A DNA stretch of 48,369 bases from Terrimicrobiaceae bacterium. GTDB lineage: Bacteria > Verrucomicrobiota > Verrucomicrobiia > Chthoniobacterales > Terrimicrobiaceae. Shown here in pieces: positions 1 through 7,222 of the stretch (within the stretch, counting starts at the first letter, position 1; the number at the start of each line of letters is the position of its first letter). The translations under genes were made by a program, and so were the position numbers. The DNA lies in contig JBMOIA010000001.1 of the NCBI GenBank assembly GCA_049317565.1, forward strand, positions 1 through 48,369, in the 5' to 3' direction. Below the pieces are notes generated by a model. The model ran no database searches, had not been told where the DNA came from, and was given only the letters and a program-made list of their open reading frames with translations.

Positions 1-2459
1 TCGAGGGCGATGAAGGTGATGGTGGCGCCGGCGCGGTTGCCGTTTTTCAGGAGGAAGGGGGAGGCGCGGAGGAGGATGGTTCCGCCGTCCCCGGCCGGGA
101 GGCGGCGGATGGCGCGTTCCGCGCCGGAGAGGACTTCGCGGGCGGCTTCGGCGGCGGCGGCGAGGAGCGGGTGGGCGAGCGCGGAGATGTTGCGGCCGGT
201 GTCGTGCGGAAGGAGGCCGGTGCGGCAGGCGGCGGCGGGGGTGAAGCGGCGGATGTTGAGTTCGGTGTCGAGGAAGAGCGTGGCGATGTCGGAGCTGGAG
301 ATGAAGTTGTCGAGGTCGTCGCGGGCCTTGGTGAGTTCCTTGATTTTCGTCTGGTGCTCGATGTTGAGGGTCTGAAGTTCCTCGTTGAGGCTCTCGAGTT
401 CCTCGTTGGTGCTGTGGAGTTCTTCGTTGGAGGCGTGGAGCTCCTCGTTGGTGGTCTGGAGTTCCTCGTTGGTGGCCTCGAGGGCCTCGATGGCGGCCTT
501 GAGGCCGGCGCGGCTTTCGCGGAGGTCCTCCTCGAGTTCGGAGATGCGCTGCATGCTGTCGCCGGGGCCGAACTCGGATTCCGCGCCCGCTGATTTTTTC
601 GACCTGTCGTCGATGAAGACGAGCAGGAGCGGGCGTTTGGCGTTCGCGGGCTGGAAGGTTTCGACGACGAGGCTGGCGCCGGAGCCGCCGGGGGCCTTGA
701 GGCGTGTGTAGCGGAAGGGCTTGCCGGTGGACGAGGCCTTCGACGCGGCGTTCGAGAGGGCGAGGGAGAGGTTTTTCGGGAGGAGGTCGGCGAGGACGAT
801 GGAGGCGCGGCCCTGGCGCGGGGCGGCGTAGCGGGCGGTGTCGCCGAAGGAGTAGAGGATTTCGAGTTTGTCGTTGAGGACGAAGCAGGCGCTGCCGATG
901 TTGGCAAGGATGCGGCTGGCGAGCGCCTCGTCGAGGTGCGGCGGAGGCTGGCTCTCCGGGCGGGTGCCGGGTGGCGGGAGTGCGGGGGTGCAGAACGAAG
1001 TGAAGCGGATGGGGTCCGGGGAAAAATGGCTGGAGGTGGTTTTTTTGAAGAAGAGGTGGTGCTTGGAATCGATGTGGCCGAAGTCGTCCTGGAGTTCGCC
1101 GAGGGTTTCGCTGGAGCCGAGCATGAGGGCGCCCTCGTGGCGGAGGGAGAAGTGCATGATCGAGAGGGCGCGCTGCTGGGCGTGTGGGCGGAGGTAAATG
1201 AGAAGGTTCCGGCAGCAGAGGAGGTCCAGGCGAATGAACGGGGGGTCCTTGAGGAGGTTGTGGCGCGCGAACACGATGCGCTCGCGGATGTGGCGGGCGA
1301 TCTGGAGGTGGCCGCCCTGCGGGGTGAAGTATTTTTTGGCGAAGCCGGGCGGGAGGGATTCGGCGATGGTGGAAGGGTAGGTGCCCTGGCTGGCGATGGC
1401 GAGGGCGCGGCGGTCGAGGTCGGTGGCGAAGATTTTGACGGGGAGGCCCTGCTCGCCGAGTTCCTCGAGCGCGTGGTCGATGAGCATGGCGAGGGTGTAA
1501 ACCTCCTCGCCGGTCGAGCAGCCGGCGCACCAGACGCGGAGGGTGCGGCCGCGGGCGGCGCGGACCATTCCGGGGATGACGGTTTCCCGCAGGCGGTCGA
1601 ACGCGGCGCGGTCCCGGAAGAACGAGGTGACGCCGATGAGCATGTCGTTCGCGAGGAGGTCGCACTCGGCGGGGGTGCGCTGGAGGTGGGTCGTGTATTC
1701 GCCGAAATCCGGGATGCGGCACAGGACCATGCGGCGGGCAATGCGGCGCGAGGCGGTCTCGGGCTTGTAGTCCGAGAGGTCGAACCCGGTGTGGCGCTTG
1801 AGTGTGGACTCCAGGCGGCGCATCCGTTCACTCGCGGGATCCGTGCCGGCCTTCGCGGGCGGGGCGTCCGCCTCGAGTGCGGCGAGGTGGGCGAATTCCG
1901 CCGCGAGGGCGGCGGGTGCGGCGGTGAAATCCGGCGCGCCGGAGAGGATGGCGGCCTCCGGCATGCCGCTGGCTGGTGCGGATTCCGGCGACTCGACGAG
2001 AACGAAGCCGCCGGCCTCCTTCACGGCGCGGGCGCCGCGGGCGCCATCGCTGCCATCACCCGAGAGAACCACCGCCACGGCGCGTGGGCCGAATTCGGAG
2101 GCGATGGAGGAAAGAAGGGAGTCGAGGGGCGCTGTGCCGCCGGGGGACGCGGCGAATTTGCCGTTGCGGACGGTCAACCCCGAGCCGGGCTGGACGAGGT
2201 GGATTCTACCGGGGCTGATGGGGGTTCCCGCCTTGGCTGCTGCGACGGGGAGCGGAAGTCCGTCCGGGGGCGCGGGGATTTTTCCTGGCGGACTGGGAGG
2301 GTCCTGGACTGCGGCGACAATGACGCAGTCCGGCGTGGCGGGCAGCGCGGCAAGGAACGCGTGGAGCGAATCCGGCGGCTCCGCCGAGCAGGCGATGGCC
2401 AGGACGGTGGGAGACGCGGAAGCGGTGAGGCGCGTTTTTTTCGGGGATTTTTTTGTCAA
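1..2459 (-). CDS. CheB-like methylesterase / CheR methyltransferase / PAS fusion signalling protein; C-terminus cut by the left window edge
   Basis: Not in the ORF track because it is open at the window edge. I hand-translated the minus frame, which is the same frame as the upstream regulator. The CheB-like blocks are VLAIACSAEPPDSLHAFLAALP and LSGDGSDGARGARAVKEAGGFVLVESPESAPASGMPEAAI. The CheR blocks are FFRDRAAF, LRVWCAGCSTGEEVYTLAMLIDHALEELG, VKIFATDLD and LDLLCCRNLLIYL. These are followed by five NEEL heptads and a PAS-like segment (LFLDTELNIRRFTP...ATITFIALE) that runs off the window. The only canonical start after the upstream stop is TTG at 2459, so the start is uncertain. Confidence 0.8.
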   Translation of the reverse strand, partial: MTKKSPKKTRLTASASPTVLAIACSAEPPDSLHAFLAALPATPDCVIVAAVQDPPSPPGKIPAPPDGLPLPVAAAKAGTPISPGRIHLVQPGSGLTVRNGKFAASPGGTAPLDSLLSSIASEFGPRAVAVVLSGDGSDGARGARAVKEAGGFVLVESPESAPASGMPEAAILSGAPDFTAAPAALAAEFAHLAALEADAPPAKAGTDPASERMRRLESTLKRHTGFDLSDYKPETASRRIARRMVLCRIPDFGEYTTHLQRTPAECDLLANDMLIGVTSFFRDRAAFDRLRETVIPGMVRAARGRTLRVWCAGCSTGEEVYTLAMLIDHALEELGEQGLPVKIFATDLDRRALAIASQGTYPSTIAESLPPGFAKKYFTPQGGHLQIARHIRERIVFARHNLLKDPPFIRLDLLCCRNLLIYLRPHAQQRALSIMHFSLRHEGALMLGSSETLGELQDDFGHIDSKHHLFFKKTTSSHFSPDPIRFTSFCTPALPPPGTRPESQPPPHLDEALASRILANIGSACFVLNDKLEILYSFGDTARYAAPRQGRASIVLADLLPKNLSLALSNAASKASSTGKPFRYTRLKAPGGSGASLVVETFQPANAKRPLLLVFIDDRSKKSAGAESEFGPGDSMQRISELEEDLRESRAGLKAAIEALEATNEELQTTNEELHASNEELHSTNEELESLNEELQTLNIEHQTKIKELTKARDDLDNFISSSDIATLFLDTELNIRRFTPAAACRTGLLPHDTGRNISALAHPLLAAAAEAAREVLSGAERAIRRLPAGDGGTILLRASPFLLKNGNRAGATITFIAL
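373..495 (-). repeat. 21-nt periodic coding repeat (coiled-coil NEEL heptads) inside the CheB/CheR fusion gene
   Basis: The reverse complement translates to ATNEELQT TNEELHA SNEELHS TNEELES LNEELQT LN. The nucleotide units ctcgttgg/gagttcctc recur every 21 nt. Confidence 0.85.
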
Positions 2460-2477
2460 CCGGCGTGCATGGGAGCA

Positions 2478-3161
2478 TCAATCCGGTCGGAGAGCGACAC
2501 TTTGCTGTGCAGTCCATTTCGCGGCGGCGGCAACCAATCCGGTGAGGCCGGGGGTTTCCATCTTTTCCTTGATGCGGCTGCAATGGGTATCGACGGTTTT
2601 CGGGCTCATGTTCAGGCGCGCGGCGATGAGGCGGGTGGGGACGCCTTCGCCGAGAAGCTTGAAGACCTCGAATTCGCGGGGGCTGAGGGATTCCGCCCCG
2701 GTGCGGTGGGTGCGGGACTTCGCGCCGATGAACTCGAGGAGGCGGCCAGCAGCGGACTCGCTGACATGGATGCGGCCGGAGAGGACGGTGCGGATGGCGC
2801 CGAGGATTTTTCCGCCCTCCTCGCTTTTCATCACATAGCCGCGGGCGCCGACCTCGAGGGCCCGCCGTGCGTAGGCGGCCTCGGAATGCATCGAGACGAT
2901 GAGCACGGGGACGCCCGGGCAGCGGGCGGCGAGGTCCTGGACGAGTTCGAACCCGCTGCGGCCCGGCAGCGAGACATCGCACAGGACAAGGGACGGCGAG
3001 AGGCGGATGCAGGCCTCGAGGCCCGATGCGGCGGAATCCGCCTCGCCGCAGACTTCGATGTCGCGCTCGCAGCCGATGAGCATTTTCAGGCCCATGCGGG
3101 TCATGGGGTGGTCGTCCACCAGCAGGATGCGGTGGCGCCGGCTTTTTTTTCGGTTTTTCAT
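2478..3161 (-). CDS. NarL/FixJ-family response regulator (receiver + LuxR-type HTH)
   Basis: ORF of 227 aa. Receiver motifs are ILLVDDHPMTRMGL and LVLCDVSLPG. The C-terminal HTH is LSPREFEVFKLLGEGVPTRLIAARLNMSPKTVDTHCSRI. Its start overlaps the kinase stop by 4 nt. Confidence 0.9.
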   Translation of the reverse strand: MKNRKKSRRHRILLVDDHPMTRMGLKMLIGCERDIEVCGEADSAASGLEACIRLSPSLVLCDVSLPGRSGFELVQDLAARCPGVPVLIVSMHSEAAYARRALEVGARGYVMKSEEGGKILGAIRTVLSGRIHVSESAAGRLLEFIGAKSRTHRTGAESLSPREFEVFKLLGEGVPTRLIAARLNMSPKTVDTHCSRIKEKMETPGLTGLVAAAAKWTAQQSVALRPD

Positions 3162-4729
3162 GGCTTGCGGAAAACGCAGTGGACGCAGGCGCCGCCGCCC
3201 TTGGCCGAGATGACGCGGACGGTGCCGCCGAGGAGTTCCGCGCGGTGGCGCATGATTTTCATGCCCATGCCCCCGTGGCCGTTTCCATTACTATGGCCGT
3301 TGCCGCCGTTGTTGGGGTGGGGGAGCGGGGTGGCGGGGAGGCCGTTTCCGTTGTCCGTGACGGTGAGGATGCCCTCGGGGCCGGCGCAGTCGAGGAGGAC
3401 GCGGATTTTCGTGGCGGCGCCGTGCTTGGTGGCGTTCTGGATGGATTCCTGCGCGATGCGGAAGAGGTTCGTGGCGGCGTCCTCGTCGAACGGCGGCAGG
3501 TGGCCCTTGAGGCGGAAGGCGCAGTCGATTTGGAAGAGTGAGGCGGAGTTCGCGGCGAGTTCCTCGAGGGCGATGTCGAGGCCGCCATCCTGAAGGGCGA
3601 GGGGCGCGAGGCCGCGGGAGAGGAGGCGGGTTTGGTGGATGGCCCGGGCGACGGCGGCGGCGGTCTCGGCGAGCTGCAAGGCGAGGGCTGCTTTTTTCAT
3701 CCGGGCCTTCGACATCGCCTCGATGGAGAACCGGATGCCCGCGAGTTCCTGGCAGATTCCGTCGTGGAGGTCGTGGCCGATGCGGCGGTGCTCGCGTTCG
3801 CTGATGGCGACGAGGTCGCGTTCGAGGCGGCGGCGGGTGTCGATTTCCGCATGGAGTTCCTCTGCGGTCCTGCGGAGCATGGCGGTGCGCTGGGCGACGG
3901 TTTCCTCGAGCTCCTCCTTCATGCGGCCGAGCGAGACGAGCGCCTTCTCGCGGTCCGTGACATCGTTGATGAAGCAGAGGATGGAGAGTGGGGAACCGTC
4001 GGAGTCGAGGAGGCTGGAGAGATACCATTCGCCGAAGGAGACCTTGCCGTCGTGGCCGATGAAACGGCTGGTGACAAAGCTGCTCACCTCGCCGCCCGCG
4101 CGGAGGCGGTGGTAAACCTCCTCGAAGCGCCCGCGGTCCTCCGGGTAGAGGAACGAGAGGAGCAGCGAGGCGGTGCGGTCGTCGCCGGGCGGTTGGCTGT
4201 GGCCGAACATTTCCTCGGCCTTGTGGTTCCAGGAGAGGCAGCGTCCCTCGCAGTCGAATTCGACGACGGCGAGGGGGGAATTGTTCGCATGGTGCACGAG
4301 GCGCTGGCTGGCCTCCTCGAGGCGCATGTCCCCATGGTGGTGCGCAGTGGTGTCGCGGATGGTGGCGACGACCGAGGGCGCGCGGCCGGGGAGTTCCATG
4401 CAGGGCGCGGCGCGCATGGAGAAAAACCTGTTCCCGGCGGCGGTGAGCAGTTCGAACTCGCGCTCGAAGGTGCCGCCGAGACGCAGCGTTTCCGCGGTGA
4501 TTTTTTCGAAGAGTGCGCAGACCGGTTCCGGCAGGCCGAGTTCGGCGGGGGTTTTGCCGGGGATGGTGGCGGCCGGGACGCCGAGGACATCCAGAGCGCG
4601 GTTGTTCGCGTAGAGGAAGCGGAGGTCGGCGCCGATTTCGAGGATGGTGTCCGGCGAGGCGTCGGCGAGCGTGCGGAAGTGGAGCAGTGAACCGAATAAA
4701 AAAGATAAAAAATGTTCGGGGATTATCAT
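3158..4729 (-). CDS. PAS-domain sensor histidine kinase (HisKA_3 / NarX-DegS type)
   Basis: ORF of 523 aa. The H-box is EHRRIGHDLHDGICQELAGI, the N-box is IAQESIQNATKHG, and the G-boxes are VTDNGNGL and GMGMKIMRHRAELLGG. There are two PAS-like segments in the N-terminal half. A Gly/Asn/His-rich insert (NNGGNGHSNGNGHGG) sits in the ATPase lid region. Confidence 0.9.
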   Translation of the reverse strand: MIIPEHFLSFLFGSLLHFRTLADASPDTILEIGADLRFLYANNRALDVLGVPAATIPGKTPAELGLPEPVCALFEKITAETLRLGGTFEREFELLTAAGNRFFSMRAAPCMELPGRAPSVVATIRDTTAHHHGDMRLEEASQRLVHHANNSPLAVVEFDCEGRCLSWNHKAEEMFGHSQPPGDDRTASLLLSFLYPEDRGRFEEVYHRLRAGGEVSSFVTSRFIGHDGKVSFGEWYLSSLLDSDGSPLSILCFINDVTDREKALVSLGRMKEELEETVAQRTAMLRRTAEELHAEIDTRRRLERDLVAISEREHRRIGHDLHDGICQELAGIRFSIEAMSKARMKKAALALQLAETAAAVARAIHQTRLLSRGLAPLALQDGGLDIALEELAANSASLFQIDCAFRLKGHLPPFDEDAATNLFRIAQESIQNATKHGAATKIRVLLDCAGPEGILTVTDNGNGLPATPLPHPNNGGNGHSNGNGHGGMGMKIMRHRAELLGGTVRVISAKGGGACVHCVFRKP

Positions 4730-4921
4730 TTTTTATTTAGTTTAAAAATCGTTTCCGGATAGGGGTTATAAAAACGCAAAATCCTATTTTTGAAGGATAA
4801 AGCGTAAATTTGCCCCCCCCCGCGCGCGCGCAGAAAACCACATTTGATAAATTTTTTTCTGCATACAATCATCATACGCAGTTTCTGGCAGTAGTTGCTG
4901 AATTTTTTTTAAAAATGATGC
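4730..4921 (-). promoter_or_regulatory. AT-rich intergenic island; presumed promoter/leader of the kinase-regulator-CheBR operon
   Basis: A 190-bp stretch that is visibly AT-rich (runs such as ttttatttagtttaaaaatc and aattttttttaaaaatg) in an otherwise high-GC window. It lies directly upstream of the kinase start at 4729 and contains a C9(GC)5 tract at 4813-4831. No -35/-10 pair could be assigned with confidence. Confidence 0.45.
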
Positions 4922-5578
4922 TCATGCGGCCGAGGCCTTGAGGGAGCGGAGGCGGACGCGGAGGTTTTCGGCGAAGTTTTCGACGAGTTCGAAGGCGGTC
5001 TGGCGCGTTTCAAATTCGGTTTGCTGCGCGGAGCCGGGGCGCCATTCCTCGGTTTCCGAAACGCGGATGCGCGGGGAGTCGGCGAGGGCGGGCTGGGAGT
5101 CGGCGGCGGAGCCGAGCTCTGCGGCGTCGAGCGGGGGATGGCAAAAGAAGTCGATGCCGCGGGCGAGGCTTTTACGGCGGAGGTAGGTGGCCATGGAGAG
5201 CGCGGAGGGGCCGATGTGGTCGCCGAACAGCGCGAAGAGGGCGCACTGCCGGCCGCGGTTCAGCCACAGCCAGGCGTCCACCCACGCGCGGAAGGCCGGG
5301 GGCACGCCGTCACGGGCGGATGCGGAGACGATGACGACATCCGCGCTGGAGGCGGCCGAGGCGGCCTGGGCGCGGTTGTCGGCCATGCCGAGGAGGCCCA
5401 TGTTCCAGACATTGACATCGAAGGACGGGTCGCCCGGAACCTCGCCGCGGAGGAACTCGCAGGCGCGGAGGGCGCGCGCGGCGGAGACAAGGTTCTCGTA
5501 AACGATGGCGATGCGGAATTTCCTGGCGGGCGGATTCGCGCCGGCGATGCCGGAGCACTGTTCGATGAGGTGGTCCAT
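4922..5578 (-). CDS. hypothetical protein (about 218 aa), alternating beta/alpha-like pattern
   Basis: The track ORF is 4922..5674. I prefer the internal ATG (MDHLIEQCSG...) at 5578 because the upstream 32 aa are Arg/Pro-rich junk. The composition is non-degenerate (FRIAIVYENLVSAARALRACEFL, ADVVIVSASARDG, ALFALFGDH). I did not recognise a family. Confidence 0.55.
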   Translation of the reverse strand: MDHLIEQCSGIAGANPPARKFRIAIVYENLVSAARALRACEFLRGEVPGDPSFDVNVWNMGLLGMADNRAQAASAASSADVVIVSASARDGVPPAFRAWVDAWLWLNRGRQCALFALFGDHIGPSALSMATYLRRKSLARGIDFFCHPPLDAAELGSAADSQPALADSPRIRVSETEEWRPGSAQQTEFETRQTAFELVENFAENLRVRLRSLKASAA

Positions 5579-5774
5579 GGATGGTTGGTCGGTTGGTTTT
5601 GGTTGTGGTGCCCGGTGCGGGCGGCGGCCGGTGTTATGCGCCGCGGGAGCGCGCAGCTCCATGGGGTGAAGCACCCATACGGTCCGGAAGGGCTTTAGCG
5701 GCTGCCGCGCGGGGCGGGTTGGGGTTTTTCCCCCATGGTTTGGCGCAGCGCCGCCGCGCTAACGATGCGTGTGT

Positions 5775-5972
5775 ATGAACCACCAAGAAATGGAAACAGC
5801 CGAACAACTGGAACTCTTCGATATCGTGCCCGACCGGCCGCTGCCGCCGCCGAACCTGCCGTGGCGCGGGCACACGGACCCGCATGTGGAGTGGCTGCGG
5901 CAACAGTCCGAGGACCAGCTCCGCATCCTGGTCGAAATCCTGCAAAACACACCGGGATTCCGCAGGCCATGA
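5775..5972 (+). CDS. small hypothetical protein (65 aa), translationally coupled to cfa
   Basis: Sequence is MNHQEMETAEQLELFDIVPDRPLPPPNLPWRGHTDPHVEWLRQQSEDQLRILVEILQNTPGFRRP. The composition is balanced and the stop TGA overlaps the cfa ATG (ATGA at 5969-5972). No family recognised. Confidence 0.45.
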   Translation: MNHQEMETAEQLELFDIVPDRPLPPPNLPWRGHTDPHVEWLRQQSEDQLRILVEILQNTPGFRRP

Positions 5973-7156
5973 CGGCGGGCGCGGGAACTGCGGAGGGCGC
6001 CATCCGGCCGGCGGCGCGGATTTCGGAAAAATCCCGGCAGCCGAGGGCGGAGCGGATCATCACGGAACTCTTCGCCGAGGCGGACATCGAGATCGGCGGC
6101 GTGCGGCCGTGCGACATCCGGGTGAACGACGCGCGGTTCTTCCGGCGCGTGCTGGCGGACGGCACGCTCGGGTTCGGCGAGTCCTACATGGAGGGCTGGT
6201 GGGATTGCGACGACCTGGAGGAACTGTGCTACCGCGCGATCCGGAGCAAAATCCACGCGCGGTTCCAGCCGAGCCTGCGCGCTCTGGTGGAGGTCTCGCT
6301 CACGCTGTTGCTGAACCTGCAGACGCGCATGGGCGCTCGTGTGGTGGGGCGGCGGCATTACGACCTCGGGAACGATTTTTTCGGCGCAATGCTCGATCCC
6401 TCGATGCAATACTCGTGCGCGTATTTCCACAACACGGCGGACCTCGCCACGGCGCAGGAGTTGAAGATGGAATTGATCTGCCGCAAGCTCGGGCTCTCGC
6501 CCGGCATGCGCGTGCTGGACATCGGGTGCGGCTGGGGCGGCCTCGCGCGCCACATGGCGACGAACCACGGCTGCGAGGTCGTGGGACTCACGATTTCGGC
6601 AGAGCAAAAAAAATACGCGGATGTGCTGTGCGCGGGGCTTCCCGTTGAAATCCGGCTGCAGGACTACCGCGACGCGGATGGGGAGTTCGACCGCATCGCG
6701 AGCGTCGGGATGTTCGAGCATGTGGGGCCCAAGAACCACGGCGCCTACATGCGCGCGGCGCGGCGGCTGCTCAAGGGCAACGGGCTTTTCCTCCTGCACA
6801 CGATCACGGCGAACGAGGCCTCGCCGATGTGCGACCGGTGGATCTCGAAATACATCTTCGCGAATTCCGCGCTGCCCACCGCATCGCGCGTGCTGCAGGC
6901 GGCGGAGGGTCTGTTCGTCGTCGAGGATCTGCACAACCTCGGGCAATACTATGTGCCCACGCTGCGGGCGTGGGAGGCCGGCTTCATGCGGTCGTATGCG
7001 GACTTCCGCTCGCGGTTCGGCGAGGAGTTCGTGCGGATGTGGCGGCTCTACCTGCTGAGCTGCGCGGGAGCGTTCCGCGCCCGGAGCCTGCAGGTGTTCC
7101 AGTTCCTGCTCTCGCCGGAAGGCGTGGAGGGCGGGGAGCCGCTCCGCATCCAGTGA
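5969..7156 (+). CDS. cfa: cyclopropane-fatty-acyl-phospholipid synthase
   Basis: Characteristic blocks are GESYMEGWWDCDDLEELCYR, HYDLGNDFFGAMLDPSMQYSCAYF, VLDIGCGWGGLARHMA (SAM-binding), SVGMFEHVGPKNH, YYVPTLRAWEAGF and MWRLYLLSCAGAFRAR. I chose the start at the internal ATG 5969 (395 aa). The 78 aa upstream in the track ORF look like non-coding GC-rich read-through. Confidence 0.9.
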   Translation: MTAGAGTAEGAIRPAARISEKSRQPRAERIITELFAEADIEIGGVRPCDIRVNDARFFRRVLADGTLGFGESYMEGWWDCDDLEELCYRAIRSKIHARFQPSLRALVEVSLTLLLNLQTRMGARVVGRRHYDLGNDFFGAMLDPSMQYSCAYFHNTADLATAQELKMELICRKLGLSPGMRVLDIGCGWGGLARHMATNHGCEVVGLTISAEQKKYADVLCAGLPVEIRLQDYRDADGEFDRIASVGMFEHVGPKNHGAYMRAARRLLKGNGLFLLHTITANEASPMCDRWISKYIFANSALPTASRVLQAAEGLFVVEDLHNLGQYYVPTLRAWEAGFMRSYADFRSRFGEEFVRMWRLYLLSCAGAFRARSLQVFQFLLSPEGVEGGEPLRIQ

Positions 7157-7166
7157 ACCTTTCCGA

Positions 7167-7203
7167 GCGGGGCGGGGAAGACCCCATACAATCCCCGCCC
7201 CGC
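7167..7203 (+). other. perfect 11-bp GC stem-loop between cfa and the EPS operon
   Basis: GCGGGGCGGGG (7167-7177) pairs with CCCCGCCCCGC (7193-7203), with a 15-nt loop. There is no U-tract after it. It lies 11 nt after the cfa stop and 20 nt before the GTG at 7223. Confidence 0.6.
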
Positions 7204-7222
7204 CGGAAATAGGGTCCGCGCC

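Noticed and set aside
373-495. 21-nt tandem periodicity that could be mistaken for a VNTR or a degenerate CRISPR-like array
   Set aside because: The units are contiguous with no spacers, and in frame they encode NEEL heptads of a coiled coil typical of CheB/CheR-PAS fusion proteins.
47-3593. Long ORFs 47..1831 (-) of 594 aa and 936..3593 (+) of 885 aa covering the left end
   Set aside because: Their translations are Pro/Ser/Ala/Arg- or Gly/Ala/Glu-rich low-complexity strings with no motifs. The third minus frame yields clean CheB/CheR/PAS, regulator and kinase sequences. These are typical high-GC shadow ORFs.
7157-7222. Possible c-di-GMP riboswitch ahead of the EPS operon, and likewise a glmS ribozyme ahead of glmS at 22213-22218
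   Set aside because: The gaps are only 66 nt and 6 nt, too short for GEMM-type aptamers or the glmS ribozyme. Only a simple hairpin is present in the first gap.
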